A DNA stretch of 64,000 bases from the NCBI GenBank assembly GCA_036679605.1, contig JAZDCZ010000398.1, positions 88,141 through 152,140 on the forward strand, written 5' to 3'. Both the position numbers and the translations under genes were made by a program. The notes under the pieces are model-generated. The model was not told where the DNA came from, did not search any database, and saw only the letters and a list, made by a program, of their open reading frames with translations. Numbering within the stretch: position 1 is the stretch's first letter; every line of letters starts with the position of its first letter. Positions 7,934-17,997 of this stretch are shown here, in pieces. This DNA is from Gemmatimonadota bacterium (lineage in GTDB: Bacteria > Gemmatimonadota > Gemmatimonadetes > Gemmatimonadales > GWC2-71-9).

Positions 7934-8731
7934 GGTATTGTCAACTTGAGCCGGTGCCCCCCAGACTTCCCGGATGAAAACGAATACGAATGGCTACCAC
8001 GGCCACCGGTTCCCTCGCGAAATCATCAGCCACAGCGTTTGGCTATACCATCGATTTTCCCTGAGCTTTCGCGATGTGGAAGAGCTCTTGGCGAAGCGGG
8101 GGATTGTCGTCACCTACGAGACCATCAGGCAATGGTGCCGGAAGTTCGGACCTGAGTACGCACGAAATCTCAAACGTCGCCAAGGTCGGCTCGGCGACGT
8201 GTGGCACCTGGATGAAGTCTTCGTGAACATCCAAGGCCAGCGTCACTATCTCTGGCGGGCTGTCGATCAAGACGGGGATGTGATCGACATCCTGGTTCAG
8301 CGATATCGTAATGCCCGGGCGGCCACACGGTTCTTCCGCAAGCTACTGAAGGGGCAGGAAGGCAAGCCGTGGCGATTGGTGACGGACAAGTTGAAGAGTT
8401 ACGGAGCCGCTCGCCGGAGCATGATGCCTTCCGTGGATCACAACACGGTACGCTATGGGAACAATCGAGCTGAGGTGTCGCATCAGCCGACACGACAACG
8501 AGAGCGTCAGATGCGAGGGTTCAAGTCAGCAGGCCAAGCACAGCGATTTCTATCGGTTCACGGAGTCGTCCTGAACTTCTTCAGATTCGCGCGCCACCAG
8601 ATGCGCTCAGAGAACTACCGACTGCTACGTGCACGATCCTTCAAAGAATGGAGTGCGGCTACGGGCGCCTGAGCAATCCCGGCCGACCCCTTGCTTCGGC
8701 TTCACCCGGGTCCCATTAAGTTGACAATACC
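7934..8731 (+). mobile_element. IS6-family insertion sequence (798 bp)
   Basis: Perfect 14-bp terminal inverted repeats ggtattgtcaactt (7934-7947) / aagttgacaatacc (8718-8731) around a transposase. Confidence 0.95.
7974..8672 (+). CDS. IS6-family DDE transposase
   Basis: HRFPREII, WHLDE, YLWRAVD, VTDK, NNRAEVSH motifs; 232 aa. Confidence 0.95.
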   Translation: MKTNTNGYHGHRFPREIISHSVWLYHRFSLSFRDVEELLAKRGIVVTYETIRQWCRKFGPEYARNLKRRQGRLGDVWHLDEVFVNIQGQRHYLWRAVDQDGDVIDILVQRYRNARAATRFFRKLLKGQEGKPWRLVTDKLKSYGAARRSMMPSVDHNTVRYGNNRAEVSHQPTRQRERQMRGFKSAGQAQRFLSVHGVVLNFFRFARHQMRSENYRLLRARSFKEWSAATGA

Positions 8732-8814
8732 GAGTGGGTAAGTTCACAGGACTGGCGCCGGAGAGATTTCCCCGCGAGATTCGTAGCGCATCCTTGAACT
8801 CAAATGGAAAATGA

Positions 8815-9669
8815 ATGGCCTGGTTTCGCAAAGAACGTAAACTCCGCAAGCCAACACGGGAGCGACTTGAGATACCGCACGACGCTTGGGATAAGTGTGA
8901 GCAGTGCGGACATGTAGATCTCACTGAGAAATTCGACCGTGCCCTCCAGGTGTGCCTCGAATGTGGTTATCACCGGCGCATCGGCGCGAATCGCTATTTG
9001 GACATACTGACCGACCCAGGCAGTTTTGTGGAGATGTTTCGTGAAGTCAGATCGGTCGATGCTCTGAATTTTGAGGGATACGCTGAGCGTATCGAGCGGG
9101 CAGAGAAAAAAATCGGCACCCAGGATGCGGTGGTGACCGGGTCGGCCACAGTGAGCGGGTTGGCCGTGCACATTGCTGTAATGGAGTTCGCCTTCATGGG
9201 CGGATCAATGGGCTCGGTCGTCGGCGAGAAAATAGCGCGTTTGGTGGGTCGGTGCATCAAGAAAAGAACTCCACTCATTATTGTGTCGGCGTCTGGCGGT
9301 GCCCGGATGCAAGAGGGAGTCTTGAGTTTGATGCAAATGGCGAAGACATCGGCGCAGATTGCCCAGCTCAAGGAGGAGGCCCTGCCTTTCGTATCAATCC
9401 TAACTGATCCCACAACTGGCGGTGTGTCAGCGTCGTACGCGATGCAAGGGGACGTCAATATCGCTGAACCGTGTGCACTCATTAGTTTTGCGGGGCCCCG
9501 GGTGATAAAGCAAACGATTGGCCAGGATATGCCTGATGGATTTCAGACATCCGAGTTCCTGGTCGAGCACGGTATGGTGGACCGCGTCGCGACTCGCAGC
9601 GAACTGAAAGACACCGTCTCGAGAGTGCTACATCTCATGCTCGCGATGGAAGAGCCCTCGCCCACCTAG
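8815..9669 (+). CDS. accD: Acetyl-CoA carboxylase carboxyltransferase beta subunit
   Basis: C4 zinc finger, FMGGSMGSVVGEK, SGGARMQEG, DPTTGGVSAS. Confidence 0.97.
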   Translation: MAWFRKERKLRKPTRERLEIPHDAWDKCEQCGHVDLTEKFDRALQVCLECGYHRRIGANRYLDILTDPGSFVEMFREVRSVDALNFEGYAERIERAEKKIGTQDAVVTGSATVSGLAVHIAVMEFAFMGGSMGSVVGEKIARLVGRCIKKRTPLIIVSASGGARMQEGVLSLMQMAKTSAQIAQLKEEALPFVSILTDPTTGGVSASYAMQGDVNIAEPCALISFAGPRVIKQTIGQDMPDGFQTSEFLVEHGMVDRVATRSELKDTVSRVLHLMLAMEEPSPT

Positions 9670-9708
9670 TGCCCGCGTCCTAGCCCCAATAGAGCGCGAC
9701 CGGCAGTC

Positions 9709-10926
9709 TTGCCCCAAACCGCAGATACTGAGAGATACCACGAAGCAGTACGGTTCCTGTTTGACCGCACTGCTGATCGAATCAAGTGGTCCCTCGAACC
9801 CACTAGGGAGCTGCTCGAGGTGCTCGGCCGACCCGACAAGCATTTTGATTCAATTCACATAGGGGGCACTAACGGCAAAGGATCCGTGGCGGCGATGGTA
9901 GGTGCCGCTCTCCGTTGTGCGGGCTTTCGGGTCGCTGTTTACACATCGCCCCATCTCGTTGATGTGCGGGAGCGCATTATCGTCGATGATCGTCCGATCT
10001 CGGTCGATGGTTTCGTTAGTTGGAACGATCGATTGCGTGATGCGGTGCTGGCCAGCGACGCTAGCTTCTTTGAGGCGACGACGGCGATAGCCTTTGCCGA
10101 TTTCGCCGCAAGAGGGGCTGATATAGCCGTAGTCGAAGTAGGGCTCGGCGGTAGGTTGGACAGTACGAACGTGCTCAGTCCGCTCGTCAGTGCAGTGACG
10201 AACATTGCCGTTGAGCATACCGACTACTTGGGAGACTCGGTCGAGGAGATAGCCAAGGAGAAGGCCGGGATCGCAAAACCAGGTACGCCCTTCGTGATCG
10301 GCGAAACAGATCCTCGACTCGTCCAGGTGCTGACGTCGACAGCAGAAGAGGTGGGTGCGGTGTTGAGCGAGATCCCGGTGGCGGAGCGTTACGATGGCAG
10401 GTTGGGACTGGTCGGAAAACATCAGGCACGCAATGCGGCTGTTGCACAAAATATTCTCTCGAACCTGCCGGCTCGGTGGAGACCTCCGCCGAGTGCGATC
10501 GAGGAGGGATTCGCGAGAGCATGGTTGCCGGGCCGGTACGACCGCCGTGGGAAATGGCTCTTCGACGTAGCCCACAATGCAAGTGGCGTCTCGGCCCTAG
10601 TTGCCGAGCTGCAGCGGGATACGATTCCTCGGCCCCTCAATCTCTTATTCGCGGCATTGTCGGACAAGGATTGGGCGGCGATGCTCGTGATGCTGTTGGA
10701 TCAGGTGGATGGAGCTTGGGTCAGTATTCCTCCCTCCGCCCCAGCTCAACGGCTTGTCGAACTCGAGGAGGTGAAGCGGCGGTTCCCCGGAGTAGTCGTG
10801 AATTCTGATTTCGACAAGGCGCTGTCCGCCGTGCAACAGGGAGCCGGGACCATCTTGGTCACTGGATCACTTCACACAGTTGGAGATGTTCTGAGCCGCT
10901 TGCCCGGCTTCCAGCCTCTCGGGTAG
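9709..10926 (+). CDS. folC: Folylpolyglutamate synthase/dihydrofolate synthase
   Basis: GGTNGKGS, YTSPHL, EVGLGGRLDSTN, DVAHN. Confidence 0.95.
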   Translation: MPQTADTERYHEAVRFLFDRTADRIKWSLEPTRELLEVLGRPDKHFDSIHIGGTNGKGSVAAMVGAALRCAGFRVAVYTSPHLVDVRERIIVDDRPISVDGFVSWNDRLRDAVLASDASFFEATTAIAFADFAARGADIAVVEVGLGGRLDSTNVLSPLVSAVTNIAVEHTDYLGDSVEEIAKEKAGIAKPGTPFVIGETDPRLVQVLTSTAEEVGAVLSEIPVAERYDGRLGLVGKHQARNAAVAQNILSNLPARWRPPPSAIEEGFARAWLPGRYDRRGKWLFDVAHNASGVSALVAELQRDTIPRPLNLLFAALSDKDWAAMLVMLLDQVDGAWVSIPPSAPAQRLVELEEVKRRFPGVVVNSDFDKALSAVQQGAGTILVTGSLHTVGDVLSRLPGFQPLG

Positions 10927-10935
10927 ATTGTTGCG

Positions 10936-12171
10936 ATGCAAAAGCAAGCCTTACCTGGGTTCCGGGATTTCTACCCGGACGAGGCAGCATTCCGAAATCA
11001 CATCTTTGCAGCCTGGCGCGAGGTGGCGCGTCGCTACGGTTTCGAAGAGTACGATGGTCCTCCCCTGGAGCCGCTCGATCTGTATGTGAAGAAGAGCGGT
11101 GAGGAGATCGTGGGGCAATTATATGCGGCACGCATGGTGGCCGCGCGGGCGAGCGCACTCAAGAAACCGATTCGGTGGTTCTCGATGCCTCAACTAATGC
11201 GCTACGAGCGACCACAGCGCGGCCGGCTCAGAGAGCACTTCCAGCTCAACATGGATATCATAGGCGAGTCAGGGCCACTCGCCGACGCCGAGTTGATTGC
11301 GGCTGCCTTGGATGTGATGCGCACGCTCGGTCTGGGTCCCAACGAAGTCCGAGTCAAGGTGTCGGATAGGCGAGTCGTACGGTCGCTGCTCGACGTTCAC
11401 AGGCTCGACGAAGATCAGATTGCCGCGGCGTTTCAGGTCATAGACAAGATCGATCGCGATCCGAGAGATGTACTGACGCACCGGTTCATGACCGCGACGG
11501 GTGTGACCGATGATGTCGCGCAACATGTGTTGTCTGTCGGAGACTTAAAAGGCGGAGAAGCCGTCGCGGCGGCGCTGCGTGAGGTACCGGGCGGCCCGGA
11601 AGCTGGTGAAGGACTCGCCGAGTGCGTAGAGGCGTTGGAAGCAATGGGGCTCTCGGAGTTCGTGGAGGTCGATCTGTCCATAGTGCGCGGTCTGGCATAC
11701 TACACAGGAGTTGTATTCGAGCTGTTCGATGCCGGTGGATCACTCCGCGCCATTTGCGGAGGTGGGCGCTACGACGGGTTGTTGGCGAGTCTCGGTGGGC
11801 AGGACCTTCCTGCGGCAGGCTTTGGGATGGGAGATGTGGTGTTGGGAGAACTCTTGAAAGAACACGATGCCGGTCCGCCGGACCAGGGAAGACTAGACGC
11901 GTTTCTCATAGCCGTGACCATTGAAGAATTCCCGCAGGTGTTGAACCTCGCTCACCGGTTGAGGGATGCCGGGGTGAGGGTCGAGTTCGGGCTCAAACAA
12001 CAGTCGATCGCAAAGCAACTGAAGCTTGCTGCGGCGAGACCTGCCGGTAGGGCAGTCATCATCGGTCCGGATGAGCGCGCCAGCGGGCAGGCTGTAGTGA
12101 GGGATATGGCAACGGGAGTTGAGGAGAAAGTTGAGATCGATGCGTTGGTTAGCGACTACGACTGGAGCTGA
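10936..12171 (+). CDS. hisS: Histidine--tRNA ligase (apparent in-frame internal deletion near 11127)
   Basis: RYERPQRGRLREH, VRGLAYYTG, GGGRYD, anticodon domain; lacks the usual DK...LRPExT segment. Confidence 0.9.
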   Translation: MQKQALPGFRDFYPDEAAFRNHIFAAWREVARRYGFEEYDGPPLEPLDLYVKKSGEEIVGQLYAARMVAARASALKKPIRWFSMPQLMRYERPQRGRLREHFQLNMDIIGESGPLADAELIAAALDVMRTLGLGPNEVRVKVSDRRVVRSLLDVHRLDEDQIAAAFQVIDKIDRDPRDVLTHRFMTATGVTDDVAQHVLSVGDLKGGEAVAAALREVPGGPEAGEGLAECVEALEAMGLSEFVEVDLSIVRGLAYYTGVVFELFDAGGSLRAICGGGRYDGLLASLGGQDLPAAGFGMGDVVLGELLKEHDAGPPDQGRLDAFLIAVTIEEFPQVLNLAHRLRDAGVRVEFGLKQQSIAKQLKLAAARPAGRAVIIGPDERASGQAVVRDMATGVEEKVEIDALVSDYDWS

Positions 12172-12191
12172 AGGGATATTAGACGGAAATA

Positions 12192-13637
12192 ATGGCGCAA
12201 GAAAGGGCAATAACGACTCGGGCTGAAGATTTTAGCCAGTGGTACAACGATGTCATCATGCGTGCGGAGTTGGCCGACTACACACCGGTCAGAGGTTGCA
12301 TGGTAATTCGTCCCAGAGGATACGGCATCTGGGAGCTGATGCAGCGCGCACTAGACGAGCGACTTAAGGAAACCGGACACAAGAACGCATATTTTCCGAT
12401 GTTCATCCCCCAAAGTTTTCTCGAAAAGGAAGCCGAACATGTCGAGGGGTTCGCCCCCCAAACGGCTGTCGTGACTCAAGCCGCCGGCAAGGAGTTGGAG
12501 GAGCCCCTAGTCGTGCGTCCAACGTCGGAGACGATCATCTACTCGCTCTATTCCAAGTGGATCCAGAGCTATAGAGACCTTCCACTTCTGCTCAACCAGT
12601 GGGTCAACGTCGTACGCTGGGAAATGCGTACGCGACTATTCTTGCGCACGACCGAGTTTCTCTGGCAAGAGGGTCACACCGCACACGCTACGGAAGAGGA
12701 CGCGGAAGCGGAGGCGCGTCTGATACTCGGCGTGTATCGCCAGTTTATGGAGGATTGGATGGCGATGCCCGTTGTTACGGGCGAGAAGACCGAGTCGGAG
12801 CGATTTGCCGGGGCAGTGCGGACATACGCATGCGAGGCCCTGATGCAGGACAATAAAGCGCTGCAGGCGGGCACGTCGCATCACCTCGGCCAAAATTTTG
12901 CCAAGGCGTTCGACACCAAGTTCCAAACTGCTGAAGGAAATCTCGAGTACGTGTGGAGCACATCATGGGGTGTGTCGACTCGGTTGGTCGGTGGTTTGAT
13001 AATGAGTCACAGTGACGACAAGGGATTGGTCTGTCCTCCGCGACTGGCGCCGGATCAGGTGGTGATCGTACCGATTTGGAGATCAGACGATCAGCGATCC
13101 GATGTGCTCGAAGTTGCCAATCGAGTGAAGGGTGATTTGGTTGGTCAGGGATTGCGTGTGGAGCTTGATGTGCGCGACATGAAACCGGGCGCCAAGTATT
13201 ATGAGTGGGAGGCGAGAGGTGTGCCGGTTCGTTTGGAACTCGGACCACGTGACATCGCCGCGGAGCAGGCAGTTATGGTGAGACGCACGGGAGGTGGCAA
13301 GGAACCTGTTGGCCTTGGGGGACTCGGTGAGACGCTGGTATCAGTTCTGGACGACATTCAACAAGGTCTCCTGACGGCAGCACGAGAACGACGCGAGGAA
13401 AACTCTGTACGAGGAATCTCTAAGGACGACCTGGTCTCATTGATGGATGGGCCAGGTGGATTCGCATATGGTGGGTTCTGCGGCAAAGATGAATGCGAAA
13501 CCAAGATCAAGGAGCAGACGAAGGCGACAGTGCGGGTCTTGCCAGACGCGGAGTTCCGGAGCAGCGACGCTCCAGCCAAGTGCGTGTGGTGCGGCGATAG
13601 TTCCATAACCGAAGCGGTGTGGGCCAAGGCGTATTGA
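12192..13637 (+). CDS. proS: Proline--tRNA ligase (archaeal/eukaryotic-like type)
   Basis: VRPTSET, FLRTTEFLWQEGHT, QAGTSHHLGQNF, C-terminal CxxC...AKAY. Confidence 0.97.
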   Translation: MAQERAITTRAEDFSQWYNDVIMRAELADYTPVRGCMVIRPRGYGIWELMQRALDERLKETGHKNAYFPMFIPQSFLEKEAEHVEGFAPQTAVVTQAAGKELEEPLVVRPTSETIIYSLYSKWIQSYRDLPLLLNQWVNVVRWEMRTRLFLRTTEFLWQEGHTAHATEEDAEAEARLILGVYRQFMEDWMAMPVVTGEKTESERFAGAVRTYACEALMQDNKALQAGTSHHLGQNFAKAFDTKFQTAEGNLEYVWSTSWGVSTRLVGGLIMSHSDDKGLVCPPRLAPDQVVIVPIWRSDDQRSDVLEVANRVKGDLVGQGLRVELDVRDMKPGAKYYEWEARGVPVRLELGPRDIAAEQAVMVRRTGGGKEPVGLGGLGETLVSVLDDIQQGLLTAARERREENSVRGISKDDLVSLMDGPGGFAYGGFCGKDECETKIKEQTKATVRVLPDAEFRSSDAPAKCVWCGDSSITEAVWAKAY

Positions 13638-14890
13638 GCGTTCCGTCGAGCACCCTACGACGGATCGCCGAGGTGGTCGGCACGCCTGTCTACGTGTATG
13701 ACGTTCAAACGATTAGAGAGAGTTTCAGCGAGTTAACCGATTCGTTGAGCGGTGTTCCACACCGGATCTACTATTCCGTAAAGGCGAACAGCAACCTTAC
13801 AATCTTGCGGCTCATTCGGAGCCTGGGGGCGGGAGCCGATATCGTATCGGGTGGAGAGTTGGTTAGGGCGTTGAATGCCGGATTCGCGGGCCGAGAGATT
13901 GTGTTTAGTGGGGTAGGGAAGACAGAGGAGGAACTGTCGTCTGCTCTCGATGCCAGTGTGGGGTTGATCAACGTAGAGTCGCAGAGTGAGTTGGCGCTGC
14001 TAGGCGACATCGCTAGGTCGAGGCAGGTGACTGCGCAGTTCGGAATCAGGGTCAATCCTGACGTCGCTACCGACACGCATACCTACACGCAGACGGGAGA
14101 GCGTGGGATGAAGTTCGGTGTTCCTCTCGACGATGTGGTGAAGATGGTACGTTGGAGTGCTGAGCAAAGGCACCTGGATTTCTCTGCCTTGGGCGTGCAC
14201 ATCGGCTCGCAGATTACCGATGCCCAGCATTACGCAGACGCAGTCGGCAAATTGTTGAGCCTGTTGCAGCAAATCAAAACCGGTGGAATGGCGGAGCCGC
14301 GCTCGCTGGGAATCGGCGGGGGGTTGGGAATCACCTATCGGCAAGATGCTCGACTCGAGCCGTCTGCATTTGCGGAAGCGGTAAGGCCGCTGTGGGAAAG
14401 GTCGCAACTGCCGATCACCTTGGAGCCCGGCAGGTTCTTGGTAGGCAACGCAGGTTTGCTTCTGACTCGATGTGTACGCACGAAGGAGTCGGGAGGACGG
14501 AAGTTCGTGGTAGTAGATGCGGCGATGAATGATTTTCTTCGTCCCAGCCTCTATGGTGCAGAACACGATATCAGTGTAGTGGGTGCCGAGTCGGGTAACG
14601 GTGACTCTCGGTACGACGTTGTCGGGCCGGTGTGTGAGACGGGAGATTTCCTGGGCACCAATCGTGACCTTCCGGAAGTAAGAGCCGGGGCACTGATGGC
14701 AATTGCCGGAGCTGGAGCCTACGGCTTCACAATGAGTTCGACATACAATTCGAGGCCACTGGTTGCCGAGGTGATGGTCGATGGAGATTGTTGGGCCGTG
14801 ATTCGTGCCCGTGAGAGCAGGCAGGATCTCATGAGGGGAGAGATATTCAGCGATGACGATTTGTGTTGGGAGACTTGCAGCGAAGCCTAA
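13619..14890 (+). CDS. lysA: Diaminopimelate decarboxylase
   Basis: YSVKAN, HIGSQ, EPGR, GPVCETGD, YNSRP. Confidence 0.96.
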   Translation: MGQGVLSVPSSTLRRIAEVVGTPVYVYDVQTIRESFSELTDSLSGVPHRIYYSVKANSNLTILRLIRSLGAGADIVSGGELVRALNAGFAGREIVFSGVGKTEEELSSALDASVGLINVESQSELALLGDIARSRQVTAQFGIRVNPDVATDTHTYTQTGERGMKFGVPLDDVVKMVRWSAEQRHLDFSALGVHIGSQITDAQHYADAVGKLLSLLQQIKTGGMAEPRSLGIGGGLGITYRQDARLEPSAFAEAVRPLWERSQLPITLEPGRFLVGNAGLLLTRCVRTKESGGRKFVVVDAAMNDFLRPSLYGAEHDISVVGAESGNGDSRYDVVGPVCETGDFLGTNRDLPEVRAGALMAIAGAGAYGFTMSSTYNSRPLVAEVMVDGDCWAVIRARESRQDLMRGEIFSDDDLCWETCSEA

Positions 14891-14893
14891 CAA

Positions 14894-16450
14894 ATGAGCA
14901 ACATCGAGCGTGGCATCATAGTTGTCGACTACGGATCGCAATTTACGCAGTTGATCGCTCGGCGAGTACGTGAACAAAAGGTCTATTGTGAGATCCGCTC
15001 CCCGAACGAATCGGCCGATCAGATCCGGCAGTCGAACCCGCGGGGAATCATCCTGTCGGGCGGACCCAATTCTGTCTACGACAAAGGGGCGCCACAACTC
15101 AGCCCGGGGATAGCTGATCTAGATATCCCTACTCTTGGGATCTGCTACGGCATGTACCTCATAGCGTCGGCCGCCGGTGGCGACGTAGAGAGTTCCGGCG
15201 AGCACGAGTATGGCCGCGCTGACCTCGAGGTGCTCGGTACCGGTGGCATGTTTGCCGGGTTCCAAGCAGGTGAGTTGGTGCAGGTATGGATGAGTCACGG
15301 AGACCGCATCACGTCCGTGCCGTCGGACTTCAAGGTTACAGGTGCAAGTGCCAACAGTCCTATTGCGGCGTTCGAGGCGCCTGGGCGCGGTCTGTATGGA
15401 TTGCAGTTCCATCCCGAGGTCGTCCATTCGATTCGCGGCGGAGAGATGTTGCACAACTTCCTCTTCTCAGTCTGTGACTGCAAGCCGGACTGGACAGCCG
15501 GACATTTTATTACCGAGCATGTCGAAGAGATTCGCAGCCGAGTTGGCTCGAAGAGGGCCATTTGCGGTCTCTCCGGCGGTGTAGATTCGGCGGTTGCTGC
15601 GGCCCTGGTGCATGAGGCGCTCGGCGATCGCCTCACATGTATCTTCGTGGACCATGGGTTGCTTCGGCTCGGCGAACGTGAGCAGGTCGAGCGACTGTGC
15701 CGCTCCAATCTCGACATCGAACTATTGATTGTAGATGCGGCATCCCAGTTCCTCGAAGGACTCGACGGAGTGGACGACCCGGAGGAAAAACGTCGTATCA
15801 TTGGCCATGCGTTCATCGATGTTTTCGAAGAAACCGCTAAGACGGTCAGAGGGGATGTCCGTTTCCTGGTTCAAGGAACGCTGTATCCCGACGTCATCGA
15901 GTCGGTCTCTCCCCATGGTGGTCCCTCCGCAACGATAAAAACACACCACAACGTCGGGGGGTTACGGCCCGATCTTCCTTTTGAACTCATTGAACCTCTG
16001 CGAGAGTTATTCAAGGACGAGGTGCGTGAGGTCGGGCGGGAATTGGGCCTGCCCGAAGAGATGGTAGGTCGCCACCCGTTTCCGGGCCCGGGGTTGGCAA
16101 TCCGCATAATCGGACCGGTGAGCGATGCTGGACTGGAGATGCTACGCCGGTCGGACGCGATCTTTATCGAGGAGATCCGTGAGGCCGGCCTCTATGACGA
16201 GATCTGGCAGGCGTTCGCATTGCTGCTTCCAGTCAAATCGGTGGGTGTGATGGGAGATGCGCGGACGTACGAGAATGTTGTTGCGCTGCGAGCGGTTACG
16301 AGTCAGGACGGGATGACAGCCGACTGGTTCCCGTTTTCCGGAGAGGTAATTGGGCGTATCGCCAACCGTATTATCAACGAGGTCGAAGGCGTGAATCGGG
16401 TTGTGTACGACGTAAGCTCCAAGCCGCCGTCGACAATCGAGTGGGAGTGA
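14894..16450 (+). CDS. guaA: GMP synthase (glutamine-hydrolysing)
   Basis: [27 protein letters not shown]. Confidence 0.98.
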   Translation: MSNIERGIIVVDYGSQFTQLIARRVREQKVYCEIRSPNESADQIRQSNPRGIILSGGPNSVYDKGAPQLSPGIADLDIPTLGICYGMYLIASAAGGDVESSGEHEYGRADLEVLGTGGMFAGFQAGELVQVWMSHGDRITSVPSDFKVTGASANSPIAAFEAPGRGLYGLQFHPEVVHSIRGGEMLHNFLFSVCDCKPDWTAGHFITEHVEEIRSRVGSKRAICGLSGGVDSAVAAALVHEALGDRLTCIFVDHGLLRLGEREQVERLCRSNLDIELLIVDAASQFLEGLDGVDDPEEKRRIIGHAFIDVFEETAKTVRGDVRFLVQGTLYPDVIESVSPHGGPSATIKTHHNVGGLRPDLPFELIEPLRELFKDEVREVGRELGLPEEMVGRHPFPGPGLAIRIIGPVSDAGLEMLRRSDAIFIEEIREAGLYDEIWQAFALLLPVKSVGVMGDARTYENVVALRAVTSQDGMTADWFPFSGEVIGRIANRIINEVEGVNRVVYDVSSKPPSTIEWE

Positions 16451-16903
16451 CTAGACGCTTTTTTCTTGCAGCAGTGCGAGGAACTGCTCGGAGGTTTCGA
16501 GCGCAGCCAACTTGTCTGAAATGTCCGGCTCTTTCGCGAACTGGGCTACCTTCCCGAGCACTGGGAGATACTGGTTCGAAACCTCGAGGGGTGGAGCCAC
16601 GATCAGGAACAGATTGAACACCGGCTGATCATCTATGGCTTTGAAGTCCAGTCCGTCCGGCTTACGGGCAAAGGCCACTCTCAGTCTGCTAACTACAAGC
16701 GATCGGCAGTGGGGAATCGCTATTCCATGTCCGATCCCCGTAGATCCGAGGTTCTCCCGCCGCTTGAGCATCTTATAGAGAATCCCTTCGGACTTCTCAT
16801 CCAGATCTAGGAGCGCGATCAGCTCTCTCAAGACATCGTCCTTGGTACCGCTGTCGAGCTGCAGTTTGATGGCATCCGGTGAAAAGAAATCTGTCAGGTG
16901 CAT
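16451..16903 (-). CDS. PTS IIA-like protein (fructose/nitrogen type)
   Basis: RENLGSTGIGHGIAIPH motif; start taken at the MHLTDF ATG. Confidence 0.9.
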   Translation of the reverse strand: MHLTDFFSPDAIKLQLDSGTKDDVLRELIALLDLDEKSEGILYKMLKRRENLGSTGIGHGIAIPHCRSLVVSRLRVAFARKPDGLDFKAIDDQPVFNLFLIVAPPLEVSNQYLPVLGKVAQFAKEPDISDKLAALETSEQFLALLQEKSV

Positions 16904-17013
16904 ATCGCCACTTGTGGTTTTCGAATAAGATGGGCGGAAACCTAACCGAACGACGATGCGGGTGTCAAACGGACGGTTGCCGCTCGTGATTGCTCTCGTT
17001 ATTCTTTCGCGAT

Positions 17014-17997
17014 ATGACGTTCCCATATCCCGTTGGCCACAAGATTCCGCTCTTTCTCGCACCGATGGCGGGTGTGTCCGAGCCTCCGTTCCGGCGCCTC
17101 TGCCGGAGTTTCGGCGCGGATGTAGTCGTATCGGAGTTTCTGTCGTGTGAGGGTCTGAGGAGAGGCATCAAGAGTGTACACGATGGAGCCTATTTCACGC
17201 CGGACGAACGCCCGATCGGCATCCAATTGTACGGAGCAGACCCGACAGGTATGGCGGAGGCGGCCCGACTCGTCACAGAGCACTATGGCCCCAATTTTGT
17301 CGATATCAATTTTGGTTGCCCCGTAAAGAAGGTCGTGAAGCGCAACGGGGGGTCGGGGTGTCTCAAAGACTTAGGGTTAATGCGGCGCATCATCCAGTCG
17401 GTGCGGGACGCTACGCATCTCCCGGTGACGGTAAAGGTGAGAAGTGGCTGGGACGAGGCTTCAAGGGACCCCGTCGAGTTGGCGTTGCGCTGTCAGGACG
17501 CAGGGGCGGAGGTTCTGACCATACACCCTCGCACGCGGGCTCAGATGTACAAAGGGGCGGCCGCGTGGGATGAGATTGCAGCTGTGGTAGACGCTCTCGA
17601 CATCCCCGTAGTGGGGAACGGCGACATCAAGAGCGCCGAGGATGCTTACGCGATGTGGCGCCAGACGAAGTGCGCCGGAGTCATGATCGCGAGAGGCTCA
17701 TTCGGAAATCCATGGATTTTCGAGCGCGCTCGCGCTCTTCTTGTAGGTAAGACGCCGCGCGCTGCTCATGGGGCTGCAGAGCGATTCGCGGTGGCACTGC
17801 GGCATGCTGCTCTACAGCGGGAAATCAAGGGTGACGACCGGAAAACGGCGCTAGAGTTTCGGAAACACGCTGGCTGGTACACCAAGGGGCTATCAGGCGC
17901 GGGTGAGCTTCGCGCGCAGCTTCACCAGATAGAGTCCATGGCGGACGTAGAAGACATCTTCCGCGACTACCTGAACCCGCGAGTGGTTGCGGTGTGA
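17014..17997 (+). CDS. dusB: tRNA-dihydrouridine synthase B
   Basis: LAPMAG, DINFGCP, GNGDI. Confidence 0.92.
   Translation: MTFPYPVGHKIPLFLAPMAGVSEPPFRRLCRSFGADVVVSEFLSCEGLRRGIKSVHDGAYFTPDERPIGIQLYGADPTGMAEAARLVTEHYGPNFVDINFGCPVKKVVKRNGGSGCLKDLGLMRRIIQSVRDATHLPVTVKVRSGWDEASRDPVELALRCQDAGAEVLTIHPRTRAQMYKGAAAWDEIAAVVDALDIPVVGNGDIKSAEDAYAMWRQTKCAGVMIARGSFGNPWIFERARALLVGKTPRAAHGAAERFAVALRHAALQREIKGDDRKTALEFRKHAGWYTKGLSGAGELRAQLHQIESMADVEDIFRDYLNPRVVAV

Noticed and set aside
10936..12171. Reinterpreting hisS as hisZ to explain the missing motif
   Set aside because: It keeps the anticodon-binding domain and the HisRS motifs, and HisZ normally retains the LRxDxT segment as well.
14000..15097. 365-aa antisense ORF, and similar shadow ORFs across the window
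   Set aside because: They overlap well-supported genes on the opposite strand, have no motifs, and are expected in GC-rich DNA.
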